The translations under genes and the position numbers were made by a program. A stretch of 64,000 bases of DNA from Alphaproteobacteria bacterium (GTDB lineage: Bacteria > Pseudomonadota > Alphaproteobacteria > SP197). The DNA lies in the NCBI GenBank assembly GCA_965228895.1, contig OZ245842.1, positions 4,928,001 through 4,992,000 of the forward strand, given 5' to 3'. This document shows positions 19,990-28,869 of this stretch, piece by piece (within the stretch, counting starts at the first letter, position 1; each line of letters begins with the position of its first letter). The notes beneath the pieces are model-generated. The model was not told the origin of the DNA, ran no database searches, and saw nothing but the letters and a program-made list of their open reading frames with translations.

Positions 19990-20936
19990 TGCCGGCGGAG
20001 TTGGTACCGCTTCAAGTTCAGGATGCGCGTCTCACACGGGGCGATCGGCATGTGCTCGACGGTATCGATCTCGCCCTTCAGCCCGGCTCGATCTATGCCC
20101 TGCTGGGCCCCAACGGTGCCGGCAAATCGTCGCTGGTCAGGGCTGTTGCCGGGCTGGTGGCACTCGATTCCGGCACCATTCGTCTGAACGGTCGCGATCC
20201 GCGACGCGACGCCGGCGCCCGCCGCTCGCTCGGCGTGGTACCGCAGGAAATCGCGCTCTACGAAAACCTGACGGCCATCGAGAACCTCACGTTGTTCGGC
20301 CGCATCGCCGGCCTCAGCGCAGGACCAGCGCGCCAACTGGCCGCAACGACACTGGAAGCGGTCGGCCTCGCCGACCGCGCCGACGACCGCATCGCGGTGC
20401 TGTCTGGCGGCATGTGCCGGCGTCTCAATATCGCCGCTGCTCTGGTCCATGAACCCGACCTTGTGTTGCTCGATGAGCCGACTGTCGGTGTCGATGCACC
20501 CGCGCGCGGCGCGATCGCCGATCTGCTGGCCCGCGTACGCGAGCGCGGCGCGGCCATTCTGATCGCGACCCACGACATGGCGGAGGCCGAAACTCTCGCC
20601 GACCGCGTCGGCATCATGGTTGAGGGACGGCTGGTCGCTGAAGGCACACCCCAGGCACTGACGGCCGAGGTGTTCGGGACCGGCCAGGATGTCCTGCTGC
20701 ACCTCGCCGCGACCGCCGACGGATCGGCAGCGGCGGCGCTGACCGGAGCCGGCCTTACGCCAAGCGATCAGGACCCACTGATCTGGTACGGCACCATCGA
20801 CGGCGGGTTTGCCGCGCTGGCCGCGCTCTCGCGTGATCTGAGCGCGGCGGGGGCCGCGGTCGACGAAGCCCGCTTGCGCGAACCCGGCCTGGCCGGTGTC
20901 TACCTGCATGTCGTCGGGCGCGAGTTCGACGCATGA
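19989..20936 (+). CDS. ABC-2 exporter ATP-binding subunit
   Basis: GPNGAGKS, VPQEIALY, LSGGM, LLDEPTVGVD, TH; TGATG overlap with the crtE stop. Confidence 0.92.
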   Translation: MPAELVPLQVQDARLTRGDRHVLDGIDLALQPGSIYALLGPNGAGKSSLVRAVAGLVALDSGTIRLNGRDPRRDAGARRSLGVVPQEIALYENLTAIENLTLFGRIAGLSAGPARQLAATTLEAVGLADRADDRIAVLSGGMCRRLNIAAALVHEPDLVLLDEPTVGVDAPARGAIADLLARVRERGAAILIATHDMAEAETLADRVGIMVEGRLVAEGTPQALTAEVFGTGQDVLLHLAATADGSAAAALTGAGLTPSDQDPLIWYGTIDGGFAALAALSRDLSAAGAAVDEARLREPGLAGVYLHVVGREFDA

Positions 20937-22135
20937 GCCGCGCGGTCTTTCTGGCCTTGCTGAAGGGTCTGGTGCGCGATCGCGGATCGCTGGTCATGGC
21001 TTTCGTGCTGCCGGTGACGTTCTTCCTGATTTTCGCCCTGATCTTCGCCGATACCGGATCCGATGATCTGGTGCTGAAGGTCGCGATCGCCGATCCGGTG
21101 GCCAGCGAGGCAAGCGTCCGTTTGGTCGCGGAACTGGAGGCCGATCCGACGATCGAGCGTGTCGGCGGTCTCTTGCAACCGGACGACGTCCGGTCCCTGG
21201 TCGCCGATGGCGACGCCGATGTCGGTCTCATTCTTCGCGACGATCCCGCGCTGCCGGGCGAGCGCGCGCCGTTGCTTTTGATCGTCGAGCCGGCGCGTGG
21301 CGTCGCCGCCGGCATGCTGATGAGCCGGGTGCAGGACGCCTGGTCCGGCGCACTTGGCGATGTCGCCATCGCCCGTTTCATGGCGATGGTCGGCACCAAT
21401 CTGGTCGATCTCTCTGAAACCCAGCAGCGCGACCTCGACCAGCGCCTGGCGGAGATACGTGACAGCGACGGCGAGGCGGCTACGGACGATCTGTTCGACC
21501 GCGAAGAGGTCGCCGGCACCGGAAGGCCTGAAGGCGGTGGTGTCACCTATTACGCCGGCGCCATCATGGTGATGTTCCTGCTGTTCACGACCGCCAACGG
21601 CGCCGTCGCCATCCACGAGGAGCGCGAGATGGGCATCCTGGCGCGCATCCTGGCCGGTCCCGCCGGCATCGGACCCTTGATCGACGGACGCTTTCTCTTT
21701 TTGACCGCGCTCGGCTGCGTCCAAGGCGCGGTCATTTTTCTCGTCGCCTGGCTTGGTTTCGGCGTCGACCTGCCGAGCCACCTGGGGGCTTGGGCCGTGA
21801 CCACCCTGGCGACGGCGGCAGCGGCTTCGGGCGTCGGTCTGGCGCTTGCCGCGGCGACGACGACAAGGCGTCAGGCCCAGGGTGTCGCGACCATCACGGT
21901 GCTCATCCTCTCCGCGCTCGGCGGCAGCATGGTGCCGCGTTTCATGATGCCGCCGGCGATCCGCGAACTCGGCTGGCTGACGCCCAACGGCTGGGCGGTC
22001 GAAGCCTATACGGTCATCTTCTGGCGTGACGGCGTGTTGGACGAACTCTGGCTGCCCTGGGCCGTGCTGGCCGGGACCGCCCTTGTCGGCTGGGCCCTGG
22101 CGCGCGGTGCCGCCGCCCGGCGAATGTTGGTATAG
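20933..22135 (+). CDS. ABC-2 exporter permease with a large extracytoplasmic loop
   Basis: N-terminal TM, ~170-aa loop, five C-terminal TMs; EEREMG, LGGSMVP, TPNGWA; ATGA overlap. Confidence 0.9.
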   Translation: MSRAVFLALLKGLVRDRGSLVMAFVLPVTFFLIFALIFADTGSDDLVLKVAIADPVASEASVRLVAELEADPTIERVGGLLQPDDVRSLVADGDADVGLILRDDPALPGERAPLLLIVEPARGVAAGMLMSRVQDAWSGALGDVAIARFMAMVGTNLVDLSETQQRDLDQRLAEIRDSDGEAATDDLFDREEVAGTGRPEGGGVTYYAGAIMVMFLLFTTANGAVAIHEEREMGILARILAGPAGIGPLIDGRFLFLTALGCVQGAVIFLVAWLGFGVDLPSHLGAWAVTTLATAAAASGVGLALAAATTTRRQAQGVATITVLILSALGGSMVPRFMMPPAIRELGWLTPNGWAVEAYTVIFWRDGVLDELWLPWAVLAGTALVGWALARGAAARRMLV

Positions 22136-22638
22136 TGCCGATCATGGACGACATCCTCAGACATGCTGCCCTGTTCCTGATCGCCCTGATCGGTATGGAG
22201 GCGGTCGCCTGGGCGACGCACCGCTGGGTGATGCACGGATTTCTATGGGTCCTGCACAAGTCGCATCACAGGCCGCGCACCGGGCCGTTCGAATGGAACG
22301 ACCTGTTCGCGGTAATCTTCAGCCTGCCCTCGATTGTCCTGATCTGGTTCGGCGTCCATGGCGGTCAGCCCGACCTGCTCTGGGTCGGTCTCGGGATCGC
22401 CGGTTACGGGCTGGTCTATTTCGGCTTTCACGACGTCATCGTGCACCGCCGCATCAAGCATCCCTATCGCGGCAGAAGCGCCTACATGAAACGCATCATC
22501 CAGGCACACCGGCTGCACCACGCCGTGCACACCAAGGAGGGGGCTGTGTCGTTCGGGTTTTTGTGGGCGCCGCCGGTTCGTGTCCTGAAGGACCAGTTGC
22601 GCGCCAGCGGCACAACCGTCGGCAGCCTGGCGGACTAA
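22135..22638 (+). CDS. crtZ: Beta-carotene 3,3'-hydroxylase
   Basis: ME..AW..HRWVMHG, LHKSHH, FEWNDLF, HDVIVHRR, QAHRLHH, VSFGF. Confidence 0.95.
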   Translation: MPIMDDILRHAALFLIALIGMEAVAWATHRWVMHGFLWVLHKSHHRPRTGPFEWNDLFAVIFSLPSIVLIWFGVHGGQPDLLWVGLGIAGYGLVYFGFHDVIVHRRIKHPYRGRSAYMKRIIQAHRLHHAVHTKEGAVSFGFLWAPPVRVLKDQLRASGTTVGSLAD

Positions 22639-22653
22639 CGTCGCCCGGCTTGC

Positions 22654-23616
22654 TCAGCACATGTACCGGTGCTGCGCGCTTCGGCTCTGCGGCATCGTCC
22701 ACAGGCCGGCCCGCGAGGCATCCCGGTTGAGCGGCATCGGTGCACTGGTGCGCGCCGAGATCGCCAGGCCACGCAGCGCCAGATAGATCTTCCGGGGCTT
22801 CGGCACGACCGTGCGGTTATCCCAGGCTTCCGTGCCCTCGCGGCGCACCCGCCGGCCGATATCGCGATAGATCCCGCGCGCCGCGGCGATGGCCCAGGCC
22901 GAGCGGAAATCGAGCGCCTGCAGGCCCAAGACGGCGGAATCGTAATAGCTCTCGGCTTCATCGAGCAGGTTGCAGACGACACGATGAACGCCGGCCCGTG
23001 CCAACGGATCGGTGATCGTCTCCGGCGTGACGCCTTCGGCGGCGAGCCAGTCGGCGGGCAGGTAGACCCGGCCGGCGCCGGCATCCTCCATCACGTCGCG
23101 GCAGATATTGGTGAGCTGAAAGCCGATGCCGAGATCGGCGGCACGGTTCAACGTCGCCTGCTCGCGGACGCCCATGACCATCGACATCATGACGCCGACG
23201 ACGCCCGCCACGTGATAGGCATAGCTCAGGGTATCCGCCAGCGTGTCATAACGACGCTCCTCGATATCCATCGCGAATCCCTCGAGAAGCTCGAGCGGGA
23301 AACGCTTGGGGATATCGTGGCGTTTGACGACGCGGTGAAACGCCGTGAACACAGGATCGTCGGGCGGCGTATCGCCCATGGCCTGCTCGGTCAGGCGTGT
23401 CAGGCTATCCAAGCGCTGGCGCGCCGTGCCCGCATCGGTCCGGCTCATGCCAAAACCCAGCGTCTGACCGTCGATGATGTCGTCGCAGTAACGGCACCAG
23501 GCGTAGAGCATCCAGGCGCTCTCGCGAGTCTCGATCGGAAACAGCCGCGCGGCCGACGAAAAGCTGCTGGACCCCTGCTGGATCGTCTCCCGGCTGGTCT
23601 CGACGACACGGTCCAT
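22654..23616 (-). CDS. crtB: Phytoene synthase
   Basis: GSSSF, LYAWCRYCDDIID, YHVAGVVG, QLTNICRD..ED, GRVYLP. Confidence 0.95.
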   Translation of the reverse strand: MDRVVETSRETIQQGSSSFSSAARLFPIETRESAWMLYAWCRYCDDIIDGQTLGFGMSRTDAGTARQRLDSLTRLTEQAMGDTPPDDPVFTAFHRVVKRHDIPKRFPLELLEGFAMDIEERRYDTLADTLSYAYHVAGVVGVMMSMVMGVREQATLNRAADLGIGFQLTNICRDVMEDAGAGRVYLPADWLAAEGVTPETITDPLARAGVHRVVCNLLDEAESYYDSAVLGLQALDFRSAWAIAAARGIYRDIGRRVRREGTEAWDNRTVVPKPRKIYLALRGLAISARTSAPMPLNRDASRAGLWTMPQSRSAQHRYMC

Positions 23617-25139
23617 TACGCTACCTCCGCATCCACTGCGATACCGGCATCGGCCAGCATCAAGGATGCCGTTGCGCGGGCCGAACCGACGACGCCGGGA
23701 ATCCCGGCGCCCGGGTGGGTGCCCGCCCCGACAAGATAAAGGCCCTTCAGCCGGTCGTCACGGTTATGCGGCCGGAACCAGGCGCTTTGAGTCAACACGG
23801 GCTCCAGCGAAAACGCCGAGCCCAGGTGGGCGCTGAGCTCGCTCTTGAAATCGGCCGGCGTGAAGATCCGACTGGTGACAAGCCGATCCTTCAGGCCCGG
23901 CAGGCGATGACGCTCCAGATAATCGAAGATGCGGTCGCGGTAGCGCGGCCCCTCTTGTGCCCAATCGATCGAGGCGTGACCCAGATGCGGCACCGGCGAC
24001 AACACGTAGAAGGCCATTGCGCCGTCGGGCGCCAGCGACGGATCGGTCACCGACGGCGCGTGAAGGTAGAGCGAGAAGTCATCGGCCAGCTTTTTGCCAC
24101 CATAGATCTCCTTCAACAGGCCCCGGTAACGCGGCCCGAAGACGATGGTGTGGTGCGCCAGGTCGTCCGACCGGCCCTCCAAGCCGAAATAGGCGACGAA
24201 CAGGGACGGGCTGAAGCGCCGACGCTTCAGCTTGGAAGCAACCTGGCGCCCGCGCGCGTGGTGGCCGAGCAGCCGGTCATAGGTCATGACCACATCGCCG
24301 TTGCTGGCGACGAGATCGAACCGCTCCTCGCCGCCGGTTGCCGTTACGACACCGGCGACCTGATCACCTTCAACCAGGATGCGCTCGACCGGCGTCGCGA
24401 GCCGCACCTTGCCGCCGAGATCTTCGAACAGGCGCACCAGACCCCGCACCAGCGCGCCGGTGCCGCCGATCGGGAAGTGAACACCCCAGCGCCGTTCCAG
24501 CGAGTGGATGAGGGTATAGATCGCCGAGCTGGCAAACGGGTTGCCGCCGACCAGCAGCGAATGGAAACTCATCGCCTGGCGCAGCCGCTCGTCTTTGATG
24601 AAGTGCGACACCATCGCATAGACGCTGCGAAAGGCCTGCAGGCCGATCAGGTCGGGCGCCACCTTGATCATGCTCTTAAAGTCGAGAAACGGCACGTGGC
24701 CGAGCTCAAGATAACCTTTCTCGAAGACGCGCTCGGCGTAATCCAGAAAACGGCGGTAACCCTCGACATCGGCTGGGCTCATCGCCTGGATCTGCGCCAT
24801 CAGCCGGTCGTCGTCGTTGGTGTAATCGAAGGTCGACCCGTCCGGCCATTGCAGCCGGTAGAAAGGCTGGATCGGCACCAGCGTGACGTAATCGCTGAGC
24901 CGACGTCCGGAAAGCGCGAACAGCGCCTCCAGACAGGTCGGGTCGGTGATGACCGTGGGACCGGCGTCAAAGGTGAAGCCGGCGTCTTCGTAGACATAGG
25001 CCCGCCCGCCGGGCCGCTCGCGTGCCTCATAAAGCGTTGTCGCGATGCCCGCCGATTGCAGGCGGATGGCGAGCGCCAGGCCGCCGAAACCGCTGCCGAT
25101 TACCGCCGCGCGCTGGCGTTTTGTGGCGCTCATGTTCAT
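23616..25139 (-). CDS. crtI: Phytoene desaturase (4-step type)
   Basis: VIGSGFGGLA, FDAGPTVIT, LLVGGNPF, DDFSLYLH, QSAWFRPHN, GAGTHPGAGIPGV; start MNMSATK. Confidence 0.95.
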   Translation of the reverse strand: MNMSATKRQRAAVIGSGFGGLALAIRLQSAGIATTLYEARERPGGRAYVYEDAGFTFDAGPTVITDPTCLEALFALSGRRLSDYVTLVPIQPFYRLQWPDGSTFDYTNDDDRLMAQIQAMSPADVEGYRRFLDYAERVFEKGYLELGHVPFLDFKSMIKVAPDLIGLQAFRSVYAMVSHFIKDERLRQAMSFHSLLVGGNPFASSAIYTLIHSLERRWGVHFPIGGTGALVRGLVRLFEDLGGKVRLATPVERILVEGDQVAGVVTATGGEERFDLVASNGDVVMTYDRLLGHHARGRQVASKLKRRRFSPSLFVAYFGLEGRSDDLAHHTIVFGPRYRGLLKEIYGGKKLADDFSLYLHAPSVTDPSLAPDGAMAFYVLSPVPHLGHASIDWAQEGPRYRDRIFDYLERHRLPGLKDRLVTSRIFTPADFKSELSAHLGSAFSLEPVLTQSAWFRPHNRDDRLKGLYLVGAGTHPGAGIPGVVGSARATASLMLADAGIAVDAEVA

Positions 25140-26296
25140 CGCGCCGCCTCGGCGGCGGCCGATTTCAAACACCCCAGGGCCGGCAAGATCGGCACCGGCG
25201 GTTTGCCGGAGAGAATGCGCAGCTTGTCGCCTATGGTCAGCCGTCCGGCATAAAACCGCTCGATCAGGCCCTCGGAGAGGCCATAGAAGCGGCGCAGCAC
25301 GACCCAGCGCCGTTCCGGCGAGGCCGCACGGAACAGCATGCGGTTCAGAAAACGGAAGTAACCCTGGCGCCGCCACAGGTTGAGCGAGGTCCGCCGCGAC
25401 AGCTGCGCCAAGGCCGGCGCATCCAGGGTCGGCAGGGCGGCGACCGCGTCGGCGAAACGCACCGCCTCGACCAGGGAATAGCCGGTGGTCGCGTGAAACA
25501 GCAGGGCGGCAAGTCCGGATCGCGCGACGTTGTCGGACGCGTCGGCCCAATGGCCGTGGGGATCGCCGGCCAGCGTGATCGGCAGCGACCCCGTCTCCTC
25601 ACGCACGACCCGCTCGATCGTCCATCCCTGGGCGGTCGCGTAGTCGGCGATGGCCTGGCGCGAGGGCGCCGCATCAAGCGTCGGCCAGTCGCTGTAATAG
25701 GTATCCTCGATCAGCATGCGCCGCTCGCTGAACGGCAGGGTGTAGACGAAGCGATAGCCGTCGGTCTGATCGACTGTCGCGTCCATGATGACCGGTCCGC
25801 TGCGCCCGTGCGGCTCCGAAAGCTCGACTTCCTGGCCGAGAAACTTCTGGTAACCCAGCAGCAAGTGCTCACCGCCGCGGTCGCCCCGGCCATCGATGAC
25901 CGCGCCGGCCTCAAGCCTCTCGCCGTCGGTCAACGTCACGCCGCCGGCATCGACATCGCTTACAGTGACACCGCGCCGAACCGCATCGCCCAGCGCGCCG
26001 CCGATGACCGCATCCAGGCGTTCGGAGGGAATCGAGCGATAACCGGTGGTCAAACGGCGCTCCAGTCCCGGAAACTGCACGTCATAATGGGGCCAGCGGT
26101 GCGCGACCAGCGGATCGATCCAGGCGCGCTGCTCGGGTTCCAGGTCCGTTTCGTAGAACGACCACGTGTGGTTGCCACCCAAGCGCTCGCCCTGCTCCAG
26201 CACCAGCAGCCGCAGCGCCGGGTGACGCTCGATGAGCCGCCACGCGACAAGACTGTTGGCCAGACCGCCGCCGACCAGAATGAGATCCGTTGACAC
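25136..26296 (-). CDS. crtY: Lycopene beta-cyclase
   Basis: VGGGLAN, GGNHTWSF, QKFLGQE, IMDATVDQ.DGYRFVY, EDTYY, HATTGYSL, LNRMLF, GKPPVP. Confidence 0.95.
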   Translation of the reverse strand: MSTDLILVGGGLANSLVAWRLIERHPALRLLVLEQGERLGGNHTWSFYETDLEPEQRAWIDPLVAHRWPHYDVQFPGLERRLTTGYRSIPSERLDAVIGGALGDAVRRGVTVSDVDAGGVTLTDGERLEAGAVIDGRGDRGGEHLLLGYQKFLGQEVELSEPHGRSGPVIMDATVDQTDGYRFVYTLPFSERRMLIEDTYYSDWPTLDAAPSRQAIADYATAQGWTIERVVREETGSLPITLAGDPHGHWADASDNVARSGLAALLFHATTGYSLVEAVRFADAVAALPTLDAPALAQLSRRTSLNLWRRQGYFRFLNRMLFRAASPERRWVVLRRFYGLSEGLIERFYAGRLTIGDKLRILSGKPPVPILPALGCLKSAAAEAAR

Positions 26297-26309
26297 CCAG
26301 GCTCCGTAT
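26283..26309 (+). promoter_or_regulatory. ECF11-like promoter upstream of crtG
   Basis: AGATCC-N16-CGTAT, the same spacing as the crtE site; overlaps the crtY start. Confidence 0.45.
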
Positions 26310-26355
26310 GTGCTGTCGACACCGACCGATAGACCCTACCATGTTCATCACCCTG

Positions 26356-26382
26356 TTACGCGCGGACGGGCAAGACGGATTG
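26356..26382 (-). promoter_or_regulatory. ECF11-like promoter upstream of crtY-crtI-crtB
   Basis: Minus strand CAATCC-N16-CGTAA. Confidence 0.4.
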
Positions 26383-26399
26383 GCGGACATCTGGACGCG

Positions 26400-27200
26400 A
26401 TGGACGAACTGCAGTCATTGGGCGGACCGACCGGCTTTGCGATCACCTATGTCGCGCTCGTCGTCATCATCGCGCTCCGGTATTTCGCCATCGCCGGGCT
26501 GTTCCACTGGCTCTTGTGGTCGCGCGAGACGCCACGGGTCAAGACCCGGCACCTGAGCGACGGTCGCCCGCGCCCGGCCACGGTAAGAGCCGAGATCGGC
26601 TGGTCGCTGATCTCGGCCCTAATCTATGCGCTGCCCGGGGTCATCGTGATCGAGGCATGGAAAGCCGGCGGCACCCTGCTTTACACCGATTGGCGGCCGA
26701 TCGACTGGCTTTGGGTGCCCGTCAGCATCTTTATCTTCCTCTTCATCCAGGACACTTGGTTCTATTGGACCCACCGGTTGATGCACCACCCGCGCCTGTT
26801 TCGCATCGTGCATCTGGTCCACCACCGCTCGCGCCCGCCAAGCCCGTTCGCCGCCTTCTCCTTCCATCCGTTCGAGAGCCTGGTTTACGCGTGGCTGCTG
26901 CCGCTGCTCGTCTTCATCGTTCCGATCCATGTCGCCGCGGTGCTGTTTATTCTGACGCTGATGACCATCGCCAGCGTCTTGAACCATTCCGGTCAGGAGA
27001 TCCTGCCGGATAGCTGGCTGAAAGGCCCGATCGGCCATCACCTCATCACCGCCGCCCATCACGACATCCATCACCGCGACTTCACCAAGAACTTCGCGCT
27101 TTACTTCCGTTTCTGGGACAAGGTCATGGCGACCGACGTGATGGAGGAGGTCTATCCGTTTCTTGAGACCAGGCGCGAACAGCGCGAAGGCGCCGACTGA
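26400..27200 (+). CDS. crtG: Carotenoid 2,2'-beta-hydroxylase (sterol desaturase family)
   Basis: IIALRY, RAEI..SLI...IYALP, W..GGT.LY, DTWFYWTHR.MHH, HHRSR.PSPFAAFSF, NHSG.E, HHD.HH, LYFRFWD; resembles Brevundimonas/Sphingomonas CrtG as I recall it; adjacent to crt genes. Confidence 0.85.
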   Translation: MDELQSLGGPTGFAITYVALVVIIALRYFAIAGLFHWLLWSRETPRVKTRHLSDGRPRPATVRAEIGWSLISALIYALPGVIVIEAWKAGGTLLYTDWRPIDWLWVPVSIFIFLFIQDTWFYWTHRLMHHPRLFRIVHLVHHRSRPPSPFAAFSFHPFESLVYAWLLPLLVFIVPIHVAAVLFILTLMTIASVLNHSGQEILPDSWLKGPIGHHLITAAHHDIHHRDFTKNFALYFRFWDKVMATDVMEEVYPFLETRREQREGAD

Positions 27201-27203
27201 CGT

Positions 27204-27265
27204 CTAGAGCAGATCCTGTTTTGATGAAACCGGTCGACGGTTCCACCTAACCATGACCCGCTCTG
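27204..27265. repeat. Short copy of a CTAGAGC-type palindromic intergenic element
   Basis: CTAGAGCAGATCCtGTTTTG...CGACGGTTCCaCCTAACCATGAcCCGCTC matches the left and right ends of 52919-53057. Confidence 0.75.
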
Positions 27266-27336
27266 TCCATGGCGGCGATCTGTGCTAGATCGTCATTCCG
27301 GTTCGCCTTTACTCCCACCGCTCGCCTGATCCCGCC

Positions 27337-28863
27337 ATGACCCGTGTCGCCGTTGCCGCCAGCTCGCAGATTGCCGCCGACGCGGGCGCTGAGATCGCCC
27401 AGGCCGGCGGCAACGCCGTTGACGCAGCCGTAGCGGCGAACCTCGTCCAACTGGTGACCGAACCGGGTGTCGTCTCGCTGGGCGCCGGCGGGTTCATCGT
27501 CGTTTCACCGCCCGGTGAGCCGGCGGTCATGATCGACGGCGCGGTCGAAATGCCCGGCCGCGAGACTACGCCGGAGCAATTCGGCCGTGGCGGCATCGAT
27601 GTCATGCTGCCCTATGGCGGCGGCGCGCCGACAACGGTCGGCTATGGATCGGTCGGCACGCCCGGCATGCTCGCGGCCTATGACCTCGCCGCACGGCGCT
27701 TTGGCTCCTTGCCATGGAAGGTGCTGGTTCAACCGGCCGAACGGCATGTCAGGGCAGGCTTTCCGCTGCCCAAGGCCTCGCACCAGTACATCGCCAACAA
27801 TTACGACTGGGTGTTTGGCTGGAATCCGCCCAGCCTGAGACCTCTGCAAAAGGACGACGGATCGATCAAGGATGTCGGCGACACGGTCTATGTCGACGGC
27901 CTCGCCGACACGCTGGCGACCATCGCCGACGAGGGTGTCGACGCGTTCTACCGCGGCGACATCGCCCGGGTCATCGCCGATGACATGGCGGCGCACGACG
28001 GTCTGCTCGGCCTCGCCGATCTCGAGGCCTACGAAGCGCGCCTGTCCCCTGCGCTGGATGTCGCGTTGGACGACTGGCACGTGGCGACGGTCTCGCTGCC
28101 AAGCGTCGGCGGCGCTGTGCTGGCGGCCATGCTGTTGATGCTGCGCAGCGCCAAGCTCGATTGCTGGACCCCGCAGATGGCGCGTCAAATGATCGACGTC
28201 CAGGCGTGCGCGATCGGTCATCGCCGCTCACGGCTCGACATGTCCGACGACCTCGAGAGCGACGTCGCGCGCTTGCTGGACCTCGCCGCGACAAACCCCA
28301 CCGCGCTGGCCTCGCCGTCGACCGTTCATACGTCGACGGTCGATGCGGCGGGCTTCGCCTGTGCGGCCACCGCCTCGGCCGGTTACAACTCAGGCGTTCT
28401 GACGCCAGGCGCGGGCATATGGATGAACAACAGCCTGGGCGAGGTCGAGCTCAACAAGCGCGGCTTTCACACGATGGCGCCGGGAACCCGCGTCGCGTCC
28501 AACATGGCGCCAACCGTTGGACGCAGCAAGGACGGTTCGGTCCTGGCGATCGGCTCGCCGGGCGCCGATCGCATCACGACCGCCATTCTGCAGACGGTCG
28601 CCAACATCGTGCATCTGGGTATGCCATTGCAGGAGGCGGTTGATCACCCGCGCCTGCACGTCGAGTGGTCCCAAGATGAGTCATGGTGTGTCGCCTATGA
28701 AGCCGGTGTGCCGGTCGATCAGTTGGACGTGCCCCAGCGGCGCTTCGATGACGTCGACATGTTCTTCGGCGGAGTCAGCGCGGTGCGCTTCTCGCCCGAC
28801 GACGGCTTCGAGATGGCGGCGGATATCCGGCGCACCGGCGGCACTGCGCTCAGCGAGACCTGA
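27337..28863 (+). CDS. Gamma-glutamyltransferase family protein
   Basis: GGNAVDAAVA, GAGGF, FYRG, nucleophile T in STVHTSTVD, MNNSL, SNMAP, GSPGA. Confidence 0.88.
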   Translation: MTRVAVAASSQIAADAGAEIAQAGGNAVDAAVAANLVQLVTEPGVVSLGAGGFIVVSPPGEPAVMIDGAVEMPGRETTPEQFGRGGIDVMLPYGGGAPTTVGYGSVGTPGMLAAYDLAARRFGSLPWKVLVQPAERHVRAGFPLPKASHQYIANNYDWVFGWNPPSLRPLQKDDGSIKDVGDTVYVDGLADTLATIADEGVDAFYRGDIARVIADDMAAHDGLLGLADLEAYEARLSPALDVALDDWHVATVSLPSVGGAVLAAMLLMLRSAKLDCWTPQMARQMIDVQACAIGHRRSRLDMSDDLESDVARLLDLAATNPTALASPSTVHTSTVDAAGFACAATASAGYNSGVLTPGAGIWMNNSLGEVELNKRGFHTMAPGTRVASNMAPTVGRSKDGSVLAIGSPGADRITTAILQTVANIVHLGMPLQEAVDHPRLHVEWSQDESWCVAYEAGVPVDQLDVPQRRFDDVDMFFGGVSAVRFSPDDGFEMAADIRRTGGTALSET

Positions 28864-28869
28864 GCCGAG

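Noticed and set aside
19296-25550. Long N-terminal extensions of ORF-track calls (19296, 25550, and likewise 6278, 43827, 47519, 58330, 60709) as fusion proteins
   Set aside because: The extensions overlap neighbouring genes or spacers and are non-homologous; downstream starts have an RBS or stop/start coupling
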